Notes: generated by a model from the letters alone, not told the origin. 64,000 bases of DNA from Eledone cirrhosa (GCA_964016885.1 OZ024743.1:191084001-191148000); one strand, 5' to 3'; positions 25,818-40,200 are shown, counted from the first letter of the stretch. Numbers and translations: made by a program.

Positions 25818-28800
25818 ATGACCTCACTCAGAATAGGCAGCATAAATGCGCGTGGCTTGGGGTCGTCATGGAAGCAGGGTCACCTGCTCAACGACCTCAG
25901 GTCACTAAACATAGATGTAGTGGCCATCAGGGAGACCAGAATCTCCGAAACATGGGCCTTCGCACCGATCTTCGGCGGCTACGATGTGTACGCATCTCTC
26001 AGCCGTCCTGGATCGGGGGGAGGAGTTGCTGTGCTTTTTCGGAGAGGTTTGGATCTCGCCATACGGGCCATCTTCCTGGACCCAGAGGGTAAGTTGGTGA
26101 TGCTGGACGTGACCAACGGAGACGGGCAAGCTTTCAGGCTAGTGGCCGTCTATGCCCCGACAGGAGCAGGGCGGCCTGATTTCTTCCGGCGTCTGGAGAC
26201 CTTTCTTAGTGTTAGTGGGCGACTGGAACGGGATCTTAGATGCACACTTTGACTGTATGGGATTAGCGGAAAGGGGTGGAGGGTGCAAGAGCCTCACCAA
26301 CCTGCTCAGGCGTTTTGAACTGTCTGACAGGTACCGATTGGATTTCCCGAATGTGCCAATGTGGACTTGGACAAATCGCATAGGGTCATCCAGATCATAT
26401 CTAGATAGAGTATTTTGTAGGGAAATAGATAGGTCTAGCATAGGCTGTCCACAATTCAAGATAGTCAGCTACACGGACCACAAATTCGTGATCTGTGTGC
26501 TTGACTTAGATAGGCTTCATAGACGAGGACCCGGCTACTGGAAGCTAAACGCGTCCTTAACAGCGCGCAAGGCCTACAGAGACCGGATTAGCGAACGGGG
26601 GCCATCGTCAAAAACAAGTGGTGGTTTGCTCTTAAAAGAGCGATTAGAATAGAATTCAATATGTTTAGTAAGGCTTTAGCAATAGAGAAAAATAGAGCAG
26701 ACGGGGAATTAGTTAGAAAATTAGACGAGGCGCTTAGCAAAGGCATTGCGACCGACGTGCTTGCGGCGAAATTGGCCCTTGACCAATTCTTCAATGCAAA
26801 GCACGAAGGCTGCGTTGTCAGAGCAAGGGTGCGTGCTCTCAGACACGAGGGGACGAAAGCCGTTCAATGGGCCCGAGTGGCGGAGGCGCGTCGTGCAACA
26901 AAGTCACGATCCGGTCTTTGGTGGACCACGACGGGCGCATGCTACTCGATCCCGGGCAAATGTGTGAAGCTTTTCAGCGACACTTCGCTCAGCTGTTCGG
27001 GGGCAGCGGTGGGCCGGGTCGAGGGATGGACTTTAGTGTCTACCTTGACGGACTGCCGCGGCTCTCGGCCACTGAGGCAAAGTGTTGCGAAAAGCCGATA
27101 ACAGCCGCTGAAGTAAGGGAGGCAATGATTGGCTGCACAAGGGGTAAATCGCCTGGTTTGGATGGTCTGCCCTATGAACTTTACGTACAGATGCTAGACT
27201 TGTTTGGACGCCTCTTGGCGGACGTCTACTGCAACTGGCAACAGAATGGCAGAATTCCCAGTTCTGTGAGCCGAGGAGCGGTGGCACTGTTGACAAAGGA
27301 TCCGAACAAGGGGGATAACATAGATAATTTCCGGGCCATAACTCTGCTAAACACAGAGTTCAAGATTTTGGCCAAGGTGCTAGCAAAGAGGTTGGCGCTT
27401 GTCGTTGGTGGTCTGGTGGGAGAGGCACAGACATGCGCCATTCCCGACAGATCCATCCACGACAACCTCCACCTCATGCGATACATCGTAGAGAGGGTAG
27501 GGAACCTGGCACGGGTGGGTCCGTGATCAATTTAGATCAGTCGAAAGCTTTTGATAGGGTTGACCATCGTTACCTAGCGGCAGTCCTGAGGGCGGCTGGC
27601 TTTGGGCCCGTCTTCAGAGGCTGGATCGCTGCCATGCACAGCGACATCTGCTCTGTAGTGAGAGTGAACGGTCACCTTTCGGAACCGTTCAACATCATGC
27701 GCTCGGTCCGCAAAGGATGTCCCCTCTCGTCCCTATTGTACGTATTGACTCTCGAGCCATTACTGCACAAACTGGATACGTTTAGGGGGGTCCCGCGCGA
27801 ACTAGGATGCGGAACATCCATGTCAGCATATGCGGACGATGTCACCGTAGTGGTGTCGAACGCCAAACACATCGAGGTGATCAGCACTACACTAAGAGAA
27901 TGCGAAGCGGTGACTGGAGCAATGATCAACCGGGAAAAGTCAGTGGGCCTGCAGCTCGGCACCTGGAGAGGCAGGTCCATGCCGTCCAACAGCGTCGTCG
28001 GGCGCTGGACGGACGGACCGGTTAAATTGCTAGGGGTCTGGTTCGGTCCAGACCTCCAGACGGACAAAAACTGGGACGAGGTGACGAGCAGGGTGGCTTC
28101 TCTCACCCAGAAATGGGCCGAGAGAAAACTATCCCTGAAAGGTCGAGCGGAGGTGGCTAACGCGTACATCGCGTCCGTCATCTACTACCGCTTGACCGTC
28201 GTACCTTGTCCTAAGCCCCGCCTGACTGCGCTGGAGCGTTTGCTCTTTCGCCTCTTGTGGAAGGGACGCGCTCCGATGGTCGGCGGTCCATCTGCTGTCT
28301 ACACCCGCTACGTGGAGGGCTGGGCATGCCGTGGCTGATGATGCGCAGACACGCGCTCAGGCTACGACATCTCCACCTCTTCCTCGACGGTGATAAGGTG
28401 TGGTCGCCGTTTGCTAGACACGTTTTTCCCAGCTCGTCTCCTTGACGGAGCTGCAGTCCTGGGTCAAGCGAAGACCGAGAGGGAGCGCTTGGAGACTGGA
28501 ATGTCTTCAGGCGCTCACAGCCCTCGACCAATCGGGCAATGTGATCGGTGGAAACTCCACCTTGGCGTTCTATAGGGGATTAGTGGAGGGGAAGAGCGAC
28601 GACGTACTTGGAGAAACTCTAGGCGTCGACGAAAATCAATTAGCCAATCTCTTTGGAAGGACTTTCGGGCTGGGGCCTATGGACAACTTCCAGAAATCCC
28701 TGGCCTGGCAGTGCTACCGGGGAGCTTTGCCAGTTCGGGATAAACTCTACAGGCATGGAGGTGCCGTCAGCGGGCATGTCCGAGATGCGCTAGGGCGACG

Positions 28801-29192
28801 AAACCGTCCTGCACGCACTCGTCCAGTGTCCGAGCATTGCTGACTTGTGGGTTTATGTCGAACACCTGCTGTCACGTGTAGGACGGATCCAGCTATCAGC
28901 TGAGTCCATCGTGAGGATTGCCCCGCCCTCTTCCTTTAGCTGGGAAGGGCAGGCAGTTTTTATCTGTCTGGTGGCCATGGCGAAAGAGATAGTATGGTGG
29001 ACACGTTTGAAAGGGCTGAAGACGAGCACTTACCTCTTCGGTGATGCCCTGATTAACTTTTTCAAATTTCATTTGAAAAGGAAAATCAGGGTAGAGAGGG
29101 AAGTGCTCACTTCCCAGCATTTTGTTGAAAGTTGGGCGAGAGAAGCAAGTATGGCCCGAATGAATGGGCCTTCTCTGAGTATGTGTCTGTAA
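25818..29192 (+). pseudogene. Tx1 ORF2 (APE endonuclease, reverse transcriptase, C-terminal Cys/His region), multiply frameshifted
   Basis: MTSLRIGSINARGL, SYLDRVF, YTDH, GPGYWKLN, KSPGLDGLPYE, LDQSKAFDRVDH, VRKGCPLS, AYADD, VKLLGVWF, LSLKGR. Confidence 0.92.
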
Positions 29193-29570
29193 ATTAAAGG
29201 TGGAAAACTGGGAGAGGGCACTTGCCCTGGTGGTCAGGGTCACTGTGGTCTTTTAATGGGCTTTCTTCACAAATGTCCCTCGGAAGTCTCCGCCCTATTG
29301 GGGAATTTTTCTTTGTTATTTTATTACATCCTCTGTTTTTTTTTACACGCAGAAATGCCCATTTGTACCGTCCTGTATTGTCCTGTACTGTCCTTAATGT
29401 TTACTTCATGTAAACCCTTGTGGTTAATAAAGAAAACATTATTATTATTATTATTATTACACTATGCCTAGGACAACACCATTACATCTACTGGAAACTA
29501 TGCAACGAGTGCTCACTTTCGTTACAAATGTACGTTACAAACACTATATATATACAGACACAGACACACA

Positions 29571-29607
<37 letters not shown>

Positions 29608-29676
29608 ATAATATTTATAGTTATTTATATAGTATAAACAACTATCATCATGAAGGTCAATAATTGCCTACTACCT

Positions 29677-29738
29677 TCTTACCAGTAAGAGAAATAGCTC
29701 AATGCATGAACATTGAGCTATTTCTCTTACTGGTAAGA
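29677..29738. repeat. Perfect inverted repeat, 28-bp arms with 6-nt spacer
   Basis: TCTTACCAGTAAGAGAAATAGCTCAATG-catgaa-CATTGAGCTATTTCTCTTACTGGTAAGA. Confidence 0.9.
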
Positions 29739-30763
29739 GCAGGAAAATAAATAAATCATACAATTATCAATGTTGTCTTCAAATAATTTAATAGCTGACA
29801 ATCGTTTCTTCCAAACTCTCATTTGGAGGAATCGGAGCATTATCAATGTTTGTACATGTAATTAACCTGCTATTCAGCTGAACAATAATATAGATAGATA
29901 CATATTGATGTTGTGAATAACAGTTTCGTATTTACAGAGTGGAATCGATGTGACATATATTTTAAGATAATTGTACAAAAATTCAAATTTAAATTAAAAG
30001 CACAGATAATACAAGAGAATAGTCCATTAATTAAAGAGGCATTGTGAAAGGAGCTTTGAGAAAGAAAGAGTTCATTAGCAATACATATGCAGGTGTATAG
30101 AAAGTGCACATGCGTTAGACATATATATGAGAAGGAAATAAGCAAAGTTATGCATATGTAGATAAATACATACTGTATTTTATGCAAAAATGTAGTGTAT
30201 TAAAATCTAATGTGGACGTAGTTTGTTGATAGTGTTTGAATGTGTGTGTGTTGAGGAGAATAAAGTTACTGCAGTCTCTCCCATTACATATGTTGAATTA
30301 TATTTTAGTTAATGTTTATATTGAATGTTTAAGTTACTTGAAGCAATGGATTGTAAATTAGTCTTATTGTATTCATGTACATGGACTACATTAGTTCAAC
30401 AGGTAGTTTTTTTTAACGGTTAAAATATCCGGAAGTGAGTAGGTGAGCTAATGCTTAAGGGAAGGTTACTAGCTAATTAAATTCAGTTAATCAAAATCTT
30501 TGCTCTAATACACATTACAATGTGATACAATAGAATATCTATGACATAATGCTAACATTTATACTTGATTTTAAATACAGTGTGTTTTATTATAATATAT
30601 TAAAGGTCCCTTAAGATTGTTATCCATTCATTACTGGACAAGATATATGTTATGGGAAATAGCTGTTTATATGTTTAACTAGATATATCCCCCGTGTAAC
30701 AATATACAGTATTGTTTAAAAATCAATCCCATGATAACTATTACAATATATATTTAAACATAA

Positions 30764-30931
30764 AGGCGGTGGATTGGCAGTATCAGTAGAGGGTCAGACG
30801 CCATGCTTTGACGCAAAGAGTTACGGCCTTTTCCATTATGAGTTCAAATCCCGCCGAGTTTAATTTTGCCTTTCATCCTTACGGGGTCGATAAAATAAAG
30901 TACCAGTAATACACTGAGTAATTGCTGGCCT
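30764..30931 (+). mobile_element. tRNA-derived SINE
   Basis: A/B boxes and core. 3' end abuts a Penelope UTR fragment. Confidence 0.85.
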
Positions 30932-30933
30932 CT

Positions 30934-31411
30934 ACACGTATCTAAGTATGTTTCGAATATGACTTTCCATGTTAGCACTAAACCCACCACAGAATCCTTA
31001 TGCGGAAATTTACTCACCACCAGCACTATCCTATTCTGTACTTATATGCTCTCACTTATCCTTATTTCTTTACATTTCTATTATTTCTCCATTTTCTTAC
31101 TTTTCTACTGTAGCTTATTTCTTATCTTTTACTTTTTACATCTGGTACTTCTCTACCAATTTATCATATATATTTTATTATTGATGTTATTGTTTTGATT
31201 ATGCGCTATTTTCTATATATATATCTTGCCTTGTATGAATTATTTTTGCATTCTGAGGATTTGATCAGAGGTAAATAATGTAATGGAGATCGAGTGACGC
31301 AACTTCGAGCGATTAGTGGCTTCTAGACTCACCTGATCAATGAAACAATTGTTAATACCTGAAATAAACCCCTTGTTGTACAGCCAACCATGTTACTCTT
31401 TATTCTTTCAC

Positions 31412-31412
<1 letters not shown>
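30934..31412 (+). mobile_element. 3' UTR/terminus of the 17.2-kb Penelope family, with HHR at 31248-31358
   Basis: Aligns with 17900-18340. Confidence 0.75.
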
Positions 31413-31493
<81 letters not shown>

Positions 31494-31564
31494 TGTGTGT
31501 GTGTGACATCAGTAGTGGTACTATTATGTTTCCTCTCGTTGTATTGTAATGTCTATTATATTTT

Positions 31565-31890
31565 TCCATTGATGATATCACAGGTGTGTGATGAAAGAAC
31601 TTTGATAGACTATATATATATATATTTATATCTAGAAGTGGTTACACAACAGTTAGTTCACCATACCAAGAACAATTGTTTCACCTTAGCGGATCCTCAG
31701 CTTGTAATCGATATATTTATATCTATATTTTTAACTGTTGGTCAATCAATGATAAACATTAATTTCCAGCTAAATTAACTATAGAAATAGATATACAGAT
31801 GTGAAAACCAATCCAAATCAAACAGTGAGAGTGTTCATTTATATTTCTGGCGATATTATAACAATATGACCCTGCCCAAATATAACAATA
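31565..31890 (+). mobile_element. Degenerate 3' terminus of the 54-kb Penelope family
   Basis: Aligns with 54687-54930 and ends ATATGACCCT.CCCAA.TATAACAA(TA)n. Confidence 0.6.
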
Positions 31891-31903
31891 TATATATATA
31901 TAT

Positions 31904-32649
31904 AAACGGAAAAAATGAAACGAAATTTCATTTCCCAATTTTAGTACGGTTGTTACTTAAATATAAGTATGTACACGTACATACATATATGTATACAGAC
32001 GTACAGTAGTATGTATATATATATACATACATGCACACATATGTATATGTACGTATGGATTCACCGGACATTTATTATAATGCTCGGTGTGTTTGTAAAC
32101 AAACATCCCTTATTAAGCCGTAGTGTCTAGCAACCATCGTTGCTCGTTTGTTCAACACTGACAAAGGAACACTGTACTAGTTTCGAGTTTATTAGCTATC
32201 GTCAGCAACGTATACCTTCCTGCCAGATTGTTGAACGTATATACTTACCTTATGCATATTAACGGCTGAGTAGCCCAATTTTCATATCGAGTGGGTTAAT
32301 CGGCCGGGTGCACCGAAAACGATAAACGGAACAAAATGAAACGACATTTCATTTCCTACTCTTAGTACGACTGTTACTTAAACAATCTGGCAGGAAGGTA
32401 TACGTTGCTCACGATAGCTAATAAGCTTGAAACTAGTACAGCGTTCCTTTGTCAGTGGTCAACAAACGAGCAACGATGGCTGCTAGACACTACGGTTTAA
32501 TACGGGATGTTTGTTTACAAACACACCGAGCATTATAATAAATGTTCGGTGAATCCATACGTACATATATATATATATGTGCATGTATATATATATATAT
32601 ATACATACTACTGTACGTCTGTATACATATACGTACGTACGTGTACATA

Positions 32650-32655
<6 letters not shown>
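31904..32655 (-). mobile_element. Retrozyme-like unit: ~1.1 monomers (420-bp period) plus an inverted copy, with two HHRs
   Basis: AAACGGA...AATGAAACGA.ATTTCATTTCC at 31904 and 32324. 32381-32655 is the reverse complement of 31962-32232. HHRs at 32170-32210(-) and 32403-32443(+, G5 mutated). Confidence 0.72.
32170..32210 (-). ncRNA. Minimal type I hammerhead with palindromic ACUAGU stem III
   Basis: Reverse complement: cgttg CTGACGA tagct aata aactc GAAA ctagt A cagtg. Confidence 0.7.
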
Positions 32656-32688
<33 letters not shown>

Positions 32689-32862
32689 GTGTGTGTGTGT
32701 GTCTGTATCTGTGTCTGAATGGAGAGAGTAGAGGTTTAAAGGGATAAGCGATACATATAGTTAGTTGCCAAAAGGTTGTGCATTGTGCTCAATACTTGTG
32801 CCTACAGGGTTAAATATCGGAAGCGTTAATATTTAGTGGGCGAGAATATAAGCAGAGCGGTT

Positions 32863-33797
32863 ACAAATGAAAGGATTACAAAGGAGAAAACAGACTGTTA
32901 GAACATGTTTATACAAAAGCACCTACGTACGTTTCGCCCGAAAAGGGCTTCTCAAGGCCATAAAAATCTAGAGATTGTTCAATACGAACACAGAAGGGCT
33001 TTTAAGATGATAATCACATCGAAGTTCATGTTCGATTCAAACAGACATGGTTGTTTGTATCACAGAGCAAGGGGAGTAACTCTGACCGGTTTTTGAATAA
33101 ATGTCCCTAAATGGCTTATTATCCATTCACATGATAATTGTTTTCCACTAATATTTTATGGGTGCCACTCTACAACTGCTTAGTCAGGCCGGATCTAAGA
33201 GGCATACTTGGTGTACAGATGTTTAGTTATGCAACCTGCCCTCCGGCGCGTTACTGTTTGCTGCAGGGGACCCAGTTTATGGTGTTCAGGTATCAACCGG
33301 GGTCCAACCATAGAATGACAGCTGTATTCTGTGCCTGCAGTTTATCACAGATTCTGCTCTGCTGTTGATGATCTCTAGGGTTGCTCTTACGATATGGTAA
33401 AGTTCCATGAAGCAGAGCTGGTACTTCCTCTTGAAGTTGTACGGTGTTGCCCTGCTGACAATTTCCCAGTATGTGGAGAAGCTGATGTTGGAGTCTTTCA
33501 ATGTTGTGATGTAGTTGGCGAGTGATGTAGAGTACTTTAGCTTCTTGTTTCTAAAAGAGTGGAGATGCGTTCGAATTCTAGTTTTGAACGAGCCAGAGGT
33601 GGCCCCAAACAACCATCTCTGTTTGAATCGAACATGAACTTCGATGTGATTATCATCTTAAAACCCTTCTGGTTTCTTTATTGAACACTCTCTAGATTTG
33701 TATGCCCTTGAGAAGTCCTTTTCGGGTGAAACGTACGCATGTTCTTTTGTATAAACATCTTCTAACAGTCTGTTTTCTCCTTTATAATCCTTTCATT
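32863..33797 (-). mobile_element. 5'-truncated Penelope-like element with ~190-bp inverted termini, each carrying a U3-A8 HHR
   Basis: GIY-YIG ORF 33286-33612 (GATSGSFKTRIRTHLHSF...STSLANYI...WEIVSRATPYN...LCFMELYHI...INSRAE...CRH). 32863-33057 is inverted at 33608-33797. HHR 32919-32959(-): gcc TTGAGAA gccc ttttc gggc GAAA cgtacg TA ggt. Confidence 0.88.
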
Positions 33798-33810
33798 TAT
33801 ATATATATAC

Positions 33811-33934
<124 letters not shown>

Positions 33935-34940
33935 GTATGCATGGCATATGAATATAAAAATGTCCAGAAAATTGGTGTATCAAAGGCACACATACTCTAG
34001 AGGTTATATTCATCAATATTTAAAATTTCTGGATCTCTAACCATATAGTCGTTCCGACTGGATGTCAGCCTATGGCAAACCCATTAACACCAATCATCTA
34101 ACTATATCATATGATTGATATTTTCAGGAAATATTTTATGGGTTTCTTTCATTCTTTCAATCTATTCCTAACTGGTTACTATTTCGGTTGGCTTTGCATA
34201 CGTATCTGGGCGTAATCAACTTTCGTAGCATTAAACATACTGAAAATTCTGTTTATTTCTTTTGATCTGAAATCTTATTAGATTTTCTGGGTATATTTTT
34301 TATTGATTTATATAGTTTCACAAATATACTGCAATGAAATATACCGGTAAGATGATGTAGTTTTAGACTAGCATCAATATTCTAAATCCCAAATGTACTA
34401 TTAACGTAATGTATAACATTAGGGTTACAACTGAACTTGCGGTATTAGATTCCATGTCAACGTCAAGGACAAACATATTATTTTCTATCAATGCTGAAAA
34501 GCTTCTTCTAACACGCCATATAGACTCACAAATACAAACCATTGACATACTCCTCTTTGATTTTTGATCATATTGTCCCTAGATATAAGGCTCGGAGCAT
34601 ATATTTAATTAAATATTTCACAGTTATATATGAAGTTTGAAAGTTTGCGAGAAAGGAAAGTACATATCAATATATGAATCATTGTATACATTATATACAT
34701 TACATACATTTCTTCCTAAAGGGTACAGCTATGAGAAAGTTGTTCTTTTGTATATTTTACAACGCATTATATTTCTCCTCTCCCACTTTCCCCCATTTCT
34801 TTCTCCCTCTCTTAAATATTAAATAAAAATAGAATTACATGAATACACGAACTTATATTAGCTAGCTACGATTTCATTTTAGTTATGCTTAGAATGTAAA
34901 GTAAGTGGTGGTGTCACTGTGGATCGGGTTTCAACTAGAC

Positions 34941-35201
34941 CAGAGGTACTGAAATGGGCGCTACCCCCCCCCCCCCCTGGAGATATTGAGAAAGTCCAGG
35001 AGGCAGTAGGTGAACGGTAGAGATGATATAATAGTATATTAAATATCAAATGATACATATTATATATAAATATAGTAAAATAAAAATATATATTATTTAC
35101 AATTTGCGTGCCGGCACGTCTCTTTGGAAATAGGGGTGGGGGCGCTGAGGGTATTACGTGGCCGTTAGGACGGGGTGGCCCAAAAGGTTTGAGAACCTCT
35201 G
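34941..35201. mobile_element. hAT (Charlie-like) MITE
   Basis: Ends CAGAGGT... / ...GAGAACCTCTG. TSD AACTAGAC / AACTAGTC. Confidence 0.72.
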
Positions 35202-35427
35202 AACTAGTCTGTTGACAGTGTAGCAGAAATACGGAGAAGCCAGAACGAGTAAAGGAAAAGAAAGTAAACAATACTGAGACATATTTATGATGGCATTCCC
35301 TTATGGTTGACGGACATATGCGGATTATGGAATCATAATACAATAGTCAACATCCAATTCAGGTTGCTAAATTTCATGTTGAGGAGAGGCTATTGTGTCG
35401 CTCTGTGTATGTTAGAAACCATACATT

Positions 35428-35613
35428 GGTGGATTGGCAGTATCGGTAGAGGGCCAGACGCCATGCTTTGCAGCACAGTTACGTCCCTTTACGAACTGAG
35501 TTCAAATCCCGCCGAGGTTAACTTTGCCTTTCCTCCTTACAGGGTCGATAAAATAAAGTACCAGTAATGTACTGGGTAATTGCTGGCCTTGTGCCAAAAG
35601 TAGAAACAATTAT
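35428..35613 (+). mobile_element. tRNA-derived SINE
   Basis: A/B boxes, core and tail. Confidence 0.88.
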
Positions 35614-36149
35614 ATTAATACTGAGGATAATAGATGGAGGAATTGGTAGACCACTGGACACGTTGGTTGCAATATTCAGTTACGTCCGGATATATTACAA
35701 GTTAAAGTGTCTCTATGCTAGATATTCAACTTTGATCCCGTGCATAATCAAGTAAATCCTAGAAATTCACTGCAGATCATTCAATTGACTATATTAACAA
35801 ACAGCATTGAACTCTAATATAAGCTCAAGGCCTGCAAAGTTTACAGGAACGGAAATGTTGATGAAATTATCCACTGTATATGACTAGTAATTATCAACTT
35901 ACTCATTATATTAGGAATCCTTATAAATATTAGCAGGGTGTGGATGGCTCCATTATAAATAATGTGTAATTTTACTGTTCCTTGCGTTCATTCAGATCAG
36001 AAAACATTTCCTAGAGCTTTTCAACTCACCATTTTCTAGAGTCAGTGAAGTAAGAGTTAAAAGATTCAATGCGCGTATTTTTTTAACTATGAAAATAATC
36101 TATTAAATTCGGAATGAAAGACTCCTAGAGACGGGAAAATGGGGACAAC

Positions 36150-36220
36150 GTTTCCCGTGGGACTCGAACGATCCTTTTCACTATACCGGGTGGCTATGCT
36201 AACTAATTACACCAAAGGCT
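36150..36220 (-). mobile_element. Degenerate tRNA-like SINE head of a different family
   Basis: Reverse complement: TGGTGTAATTAGTTAGCA...GTTCGAGTCCC. No intact cloverleaf. Confidence 0.4.
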
Positions 36221-36770
36221 GACAAGATTTTTCCTTATTTTTTTTTATTTTTATCTATCGACCAAATGTTAACAAATTAACTATTTTTAGAAAGATTTAG
36301 CTGATATTGAAATTAACTTAGTAAAAACATATATGCGTTGGGGTTTCTATGAAAATAGTCTAACACATTTAGCCCCTGTGCAATTTCCACGTGTCTCCAT
36401 GCATTTCCAGTTCAAATCCCACGAAGGTTAACTTTGCGTTTCATCTTCATATGTTGGATAGTGTTAGTAAAAATCAAGTGCTAGATTCTACATAATCAAA
36501 TATATTCTACGTCACTCGCCAATGCCTGTTCTGATAGCTATGCAAGAAATCATTATTATTATTCTCAATACATTGTTTCTTTGCAGGCTTCGTTGAAAAT
36601 TTAATCATCCATAGCATGTCATTGTCATTGCTGCTAATAGTGATTTTTTGATTTTCTTGTCCTTTTTTATACATTCAAATGTACATACATTTATGTATAC
36701 TCACACACATATATATATACACATTCATATATATATATATATATATTTTATATATATATATATTTATATA

Positions 36771-36802
<32 letters not shown>

Positions 36803-36803
36803 C

Positions 36804-36915
<112 letters not shown>

Positions 36916-37026
36916 AGAGAGAGATTTCTGGTCAAACAGACCACATTTATTTCAATCATCTAGAGTTAAATGATTTTTTCCTTTTCTTTTGGTATTCAGC
37001 ACATCAAAGGGAAATTGATATCCGTG

Positions 37027-37063
<37 letters not shown>

Positions 37064-37084
37064 ATGTATGTATATATTATATAT

Positions 37085-37140
<56 letters not shown>

Positions 37141-37165
37141 GTATGTGTGTGTCTGTGTGTATGTA

Positions 37166-37205
<40 letters not shown>

Positions 37206-37485
37206 GTATATATATATATGTGTGTCTGTGTGTGTGTATTTGTGCGTGCATGTGTGTGTCTGTGTGTGATTGTATATATATATGTATAGCGTCTCCCTCC
37301 CCTCTCTCTCTCTCTCTCTCTGTCCTCTCTCTCTCTCTTTCTTTCTCTCTCCTTCTCTGCTTTCCACTCCTGCGCTCTCTCCAATTTTTACCCATGTCTC
37401 TTCCCGCGCTCTTAGCTTACTTTTACTTTCATTTTGTTGTGATTCCCAATTTTGCCGTTTCTATGTTGCGTTTACCCTTGTGTTT

Positions 37486-37516
<31 letters not shown>

Positions 37517-37741
37517 GCTTTTTGTTCTTATTTATATTTCTGCATCTATATATTTATTGCTATATTTACCAGTGATAGTATATATTTGATATTCATCCGG
37601 AATTCAATGTTAGCACTGTATCGACAATAATACCATCTAGATTCTCTTTTCGTTCGTTTTCGCACTATATTGGCACTATATTAGACACTGCATTACCATT
37701 TCTGGCATTACTCGATCAAACACAACAAACTTATATCTATT

Positions 37742-37802
<61 letters not shown>

Positions 37803-37870
37803 ATTATTTATTTATCCGTGTATTTTATTCATTTGATTTATTCATTTTATCATTCTCTCGTTTGTTTTAA

Positions 37871-37910
<40 letters not shown>

Positions 37911-38020
37911 CATATATTTGTATATATACTATATATACATATATAGTATATATACACACAAAAACCTACCCCCAGATATACAAAACACACGCGCGCACAC
38001 ACATACGCACGCACACATAG

Positions 38021-38129
<109 letters not shown>

Positions 38130-39229
38130 ATTTTCGTTTAGCTTGTCACATTTGTATATTCATGCATGTATTTTTGTTTGGGTATTTGGTTTGTTCCTTT
38201 CTGATTTTCTGGTATAATCTGTTAGTTAACATATGTGATATTTATGTTTTGCCATTCCTGACTCAGTAATTTTCTTTGGGAAATAAATGAATGATATATG
38301 CACGTGTGTAAATTAGATATATGCTTCTGAAATCTCCGAATGTATACAATTTTATGTTAGTGTAGCTTCGTGTGAATATATTTGTGCGTGTGTACGTGCA
38401 TGTTGTTTCAGATTTCGCCCTTCATATTACTCATTTCCACCAAACAATTTTTTCATCTGTAATGGGGTCAGGTAACCCTGTATACCATGCGTCTCTTTAA
38501 CACCTTATATCTACACATTTCCAATTGCAACGCTTGATACTAAGTTACGGCTGTTACTGATGCGTATGCTTCAGATACTAACAATAACTTTTGACGATGA
38601 TAATTCCAATCTTTCGATCAACTGAACAACATAGCAATTGAAATATACTATAAGCGGATGAGTATTCTACTGATACGTAAATTTAGCGTAATTTGATGTC
38701 TGGCAAGACAAATTCATCGAATGGCAGTAAACATTGATTCGATGCGTTTCCAGTTTTCAGCCATTCAATTTCAATCACAATGTTGGGTTGATCTGAGTTT
38801 ATGTTTCAAATAGATTTGCGTAAGATGACATGCACTTGAATCGAAACTAGTGCCTCAAGATTATATTGGAACCTTCTTAACCATCACCACTGTTATTCTC
38901 CGACTGCTCTTATTGTATAGCACAACCATCAATAACATCACCTCTATTTCGACTAACACCAGAAGGAACTGATGCTGCTATTGCAACCACTCTGGCTACT
39001 AATATCAGAACTAATTCAACTATCACCAGTAATTGTCCCTTTAATAGCCAGTGAGGACGCATATATATAATATATTAAACGATAACCGCATAGCGTTTCT
39101 GATGTGTGTGGGGATAAACAAACATAGTTATATAAAGCAGGACGAAGAATGATGTTATACAATGGATATCAAATAGTAATAAAAGACAGAATAAACATAA
39201 AAATGCATAAAACATATTTAAAACAAATA

Positions 39230-40200
39230 ATAGAAGAAAACCTATATAACATTGAGCTGATTGGATTAAAGCATCCTATGATTTTGCGTAGGCTCCATTC
39301 CTGGTACTTGGAATGAGGTGAGTGTTCTTGAACATGTTCGTTTACGTCTTTTGTGTAGAACATAACAAAACATTCTCATGTCTTACAGATATCTCGGCTT
39401 CTAGTTGTAGTTGCTGGCAACATTTTCACAAAGTTTCTATTTTCTAAGATTTTTGTGTAATCGGACTTCATTTTGTTTTGAACAAGTAATACATTGACCT
39501 CTTCATCGGCTTCTAGTTTTATTGCTTCTTTTATAAGGCGGGACAAGTTCGTAAATCGAATAACTGTGAATTTCTTTCGGTGTAACCATCCTCCTGCATT
39601 TTACAGCTCTTTTGTCATATTCACTGTTTTTTCTCTGTTACGTCTCCCATCCCCTTCTTCCCTGTAAATAACCATGAATATTTGAACCACATTGTACCTC
39701 TTTTGTCACACGATGACGGAGAGTTGTTGTTGATTTGATGAAGAAAAGAGCCCTCGTCAGTTTCTAGAAAAGAGGGAAAGATATATTCCCGAACACTCGC
39801 AGATTAGAAGTTGATGCTCCTTGCTGTTGTCACTGAAGTAGACCACATATACACCGGCCATATCATTCTTTATTCTCACTACAAACCACTGTCGGAGAAA
39901 ATGTGTCATCATGATCCCGACTATATTCTGATAATGTGAATAGAGATGTTTTCTCAGCAATTTCGGAACTTGGTCCGATTTGCTGTCAGAGCAGCAGCAT
40001 CTTATAGAAGTTGTTATCGATATCTCTATTGATGATCCCTTTCTATCTTTCTCTTATTTTCCCGTGAGTAGGAAACACTCAATTGGGATTTTTTCTGCTA
40101 CATGCGTTGCAGCTTTGCTTCTCACCGCACACCTCTAGTCTCATCACCTTTTGTCAATAATGTGGTTTGGACAAATAGCACCTTCCTTCGCCACACAACA
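39230..40200 (-). mobile_element. Highly degenerate GIY-YIG (Penelope-like) remnant
   Basis: Fragments AGVYVVYF and KFTVIRFTNLSRLIKEAIKLEA resemble GIY-YIG start and end motifs. Many stops. Confidence 0.35.

Larger units (their letters stand above)
23474..29459 (+). mobile_element. Near full-length Tx1/L1-clade LINE inserted in (ATT)n
   Basis: 5' UTR, ORF1, ORF2 (APE+RT), 3' UTR with AATAAA (29426) and (ATT)n tail. (ATT)n also lies immediately upstream. Confidence 0.93.

Noticed and set aside
39300-39395. In-frame TGA inside a C2H2-like motif (ICKT*EC...HVQEH)
   Set aside because: It lies in a heavily decayed remnant with other stops, so mutation is more parsimonious than recoding.
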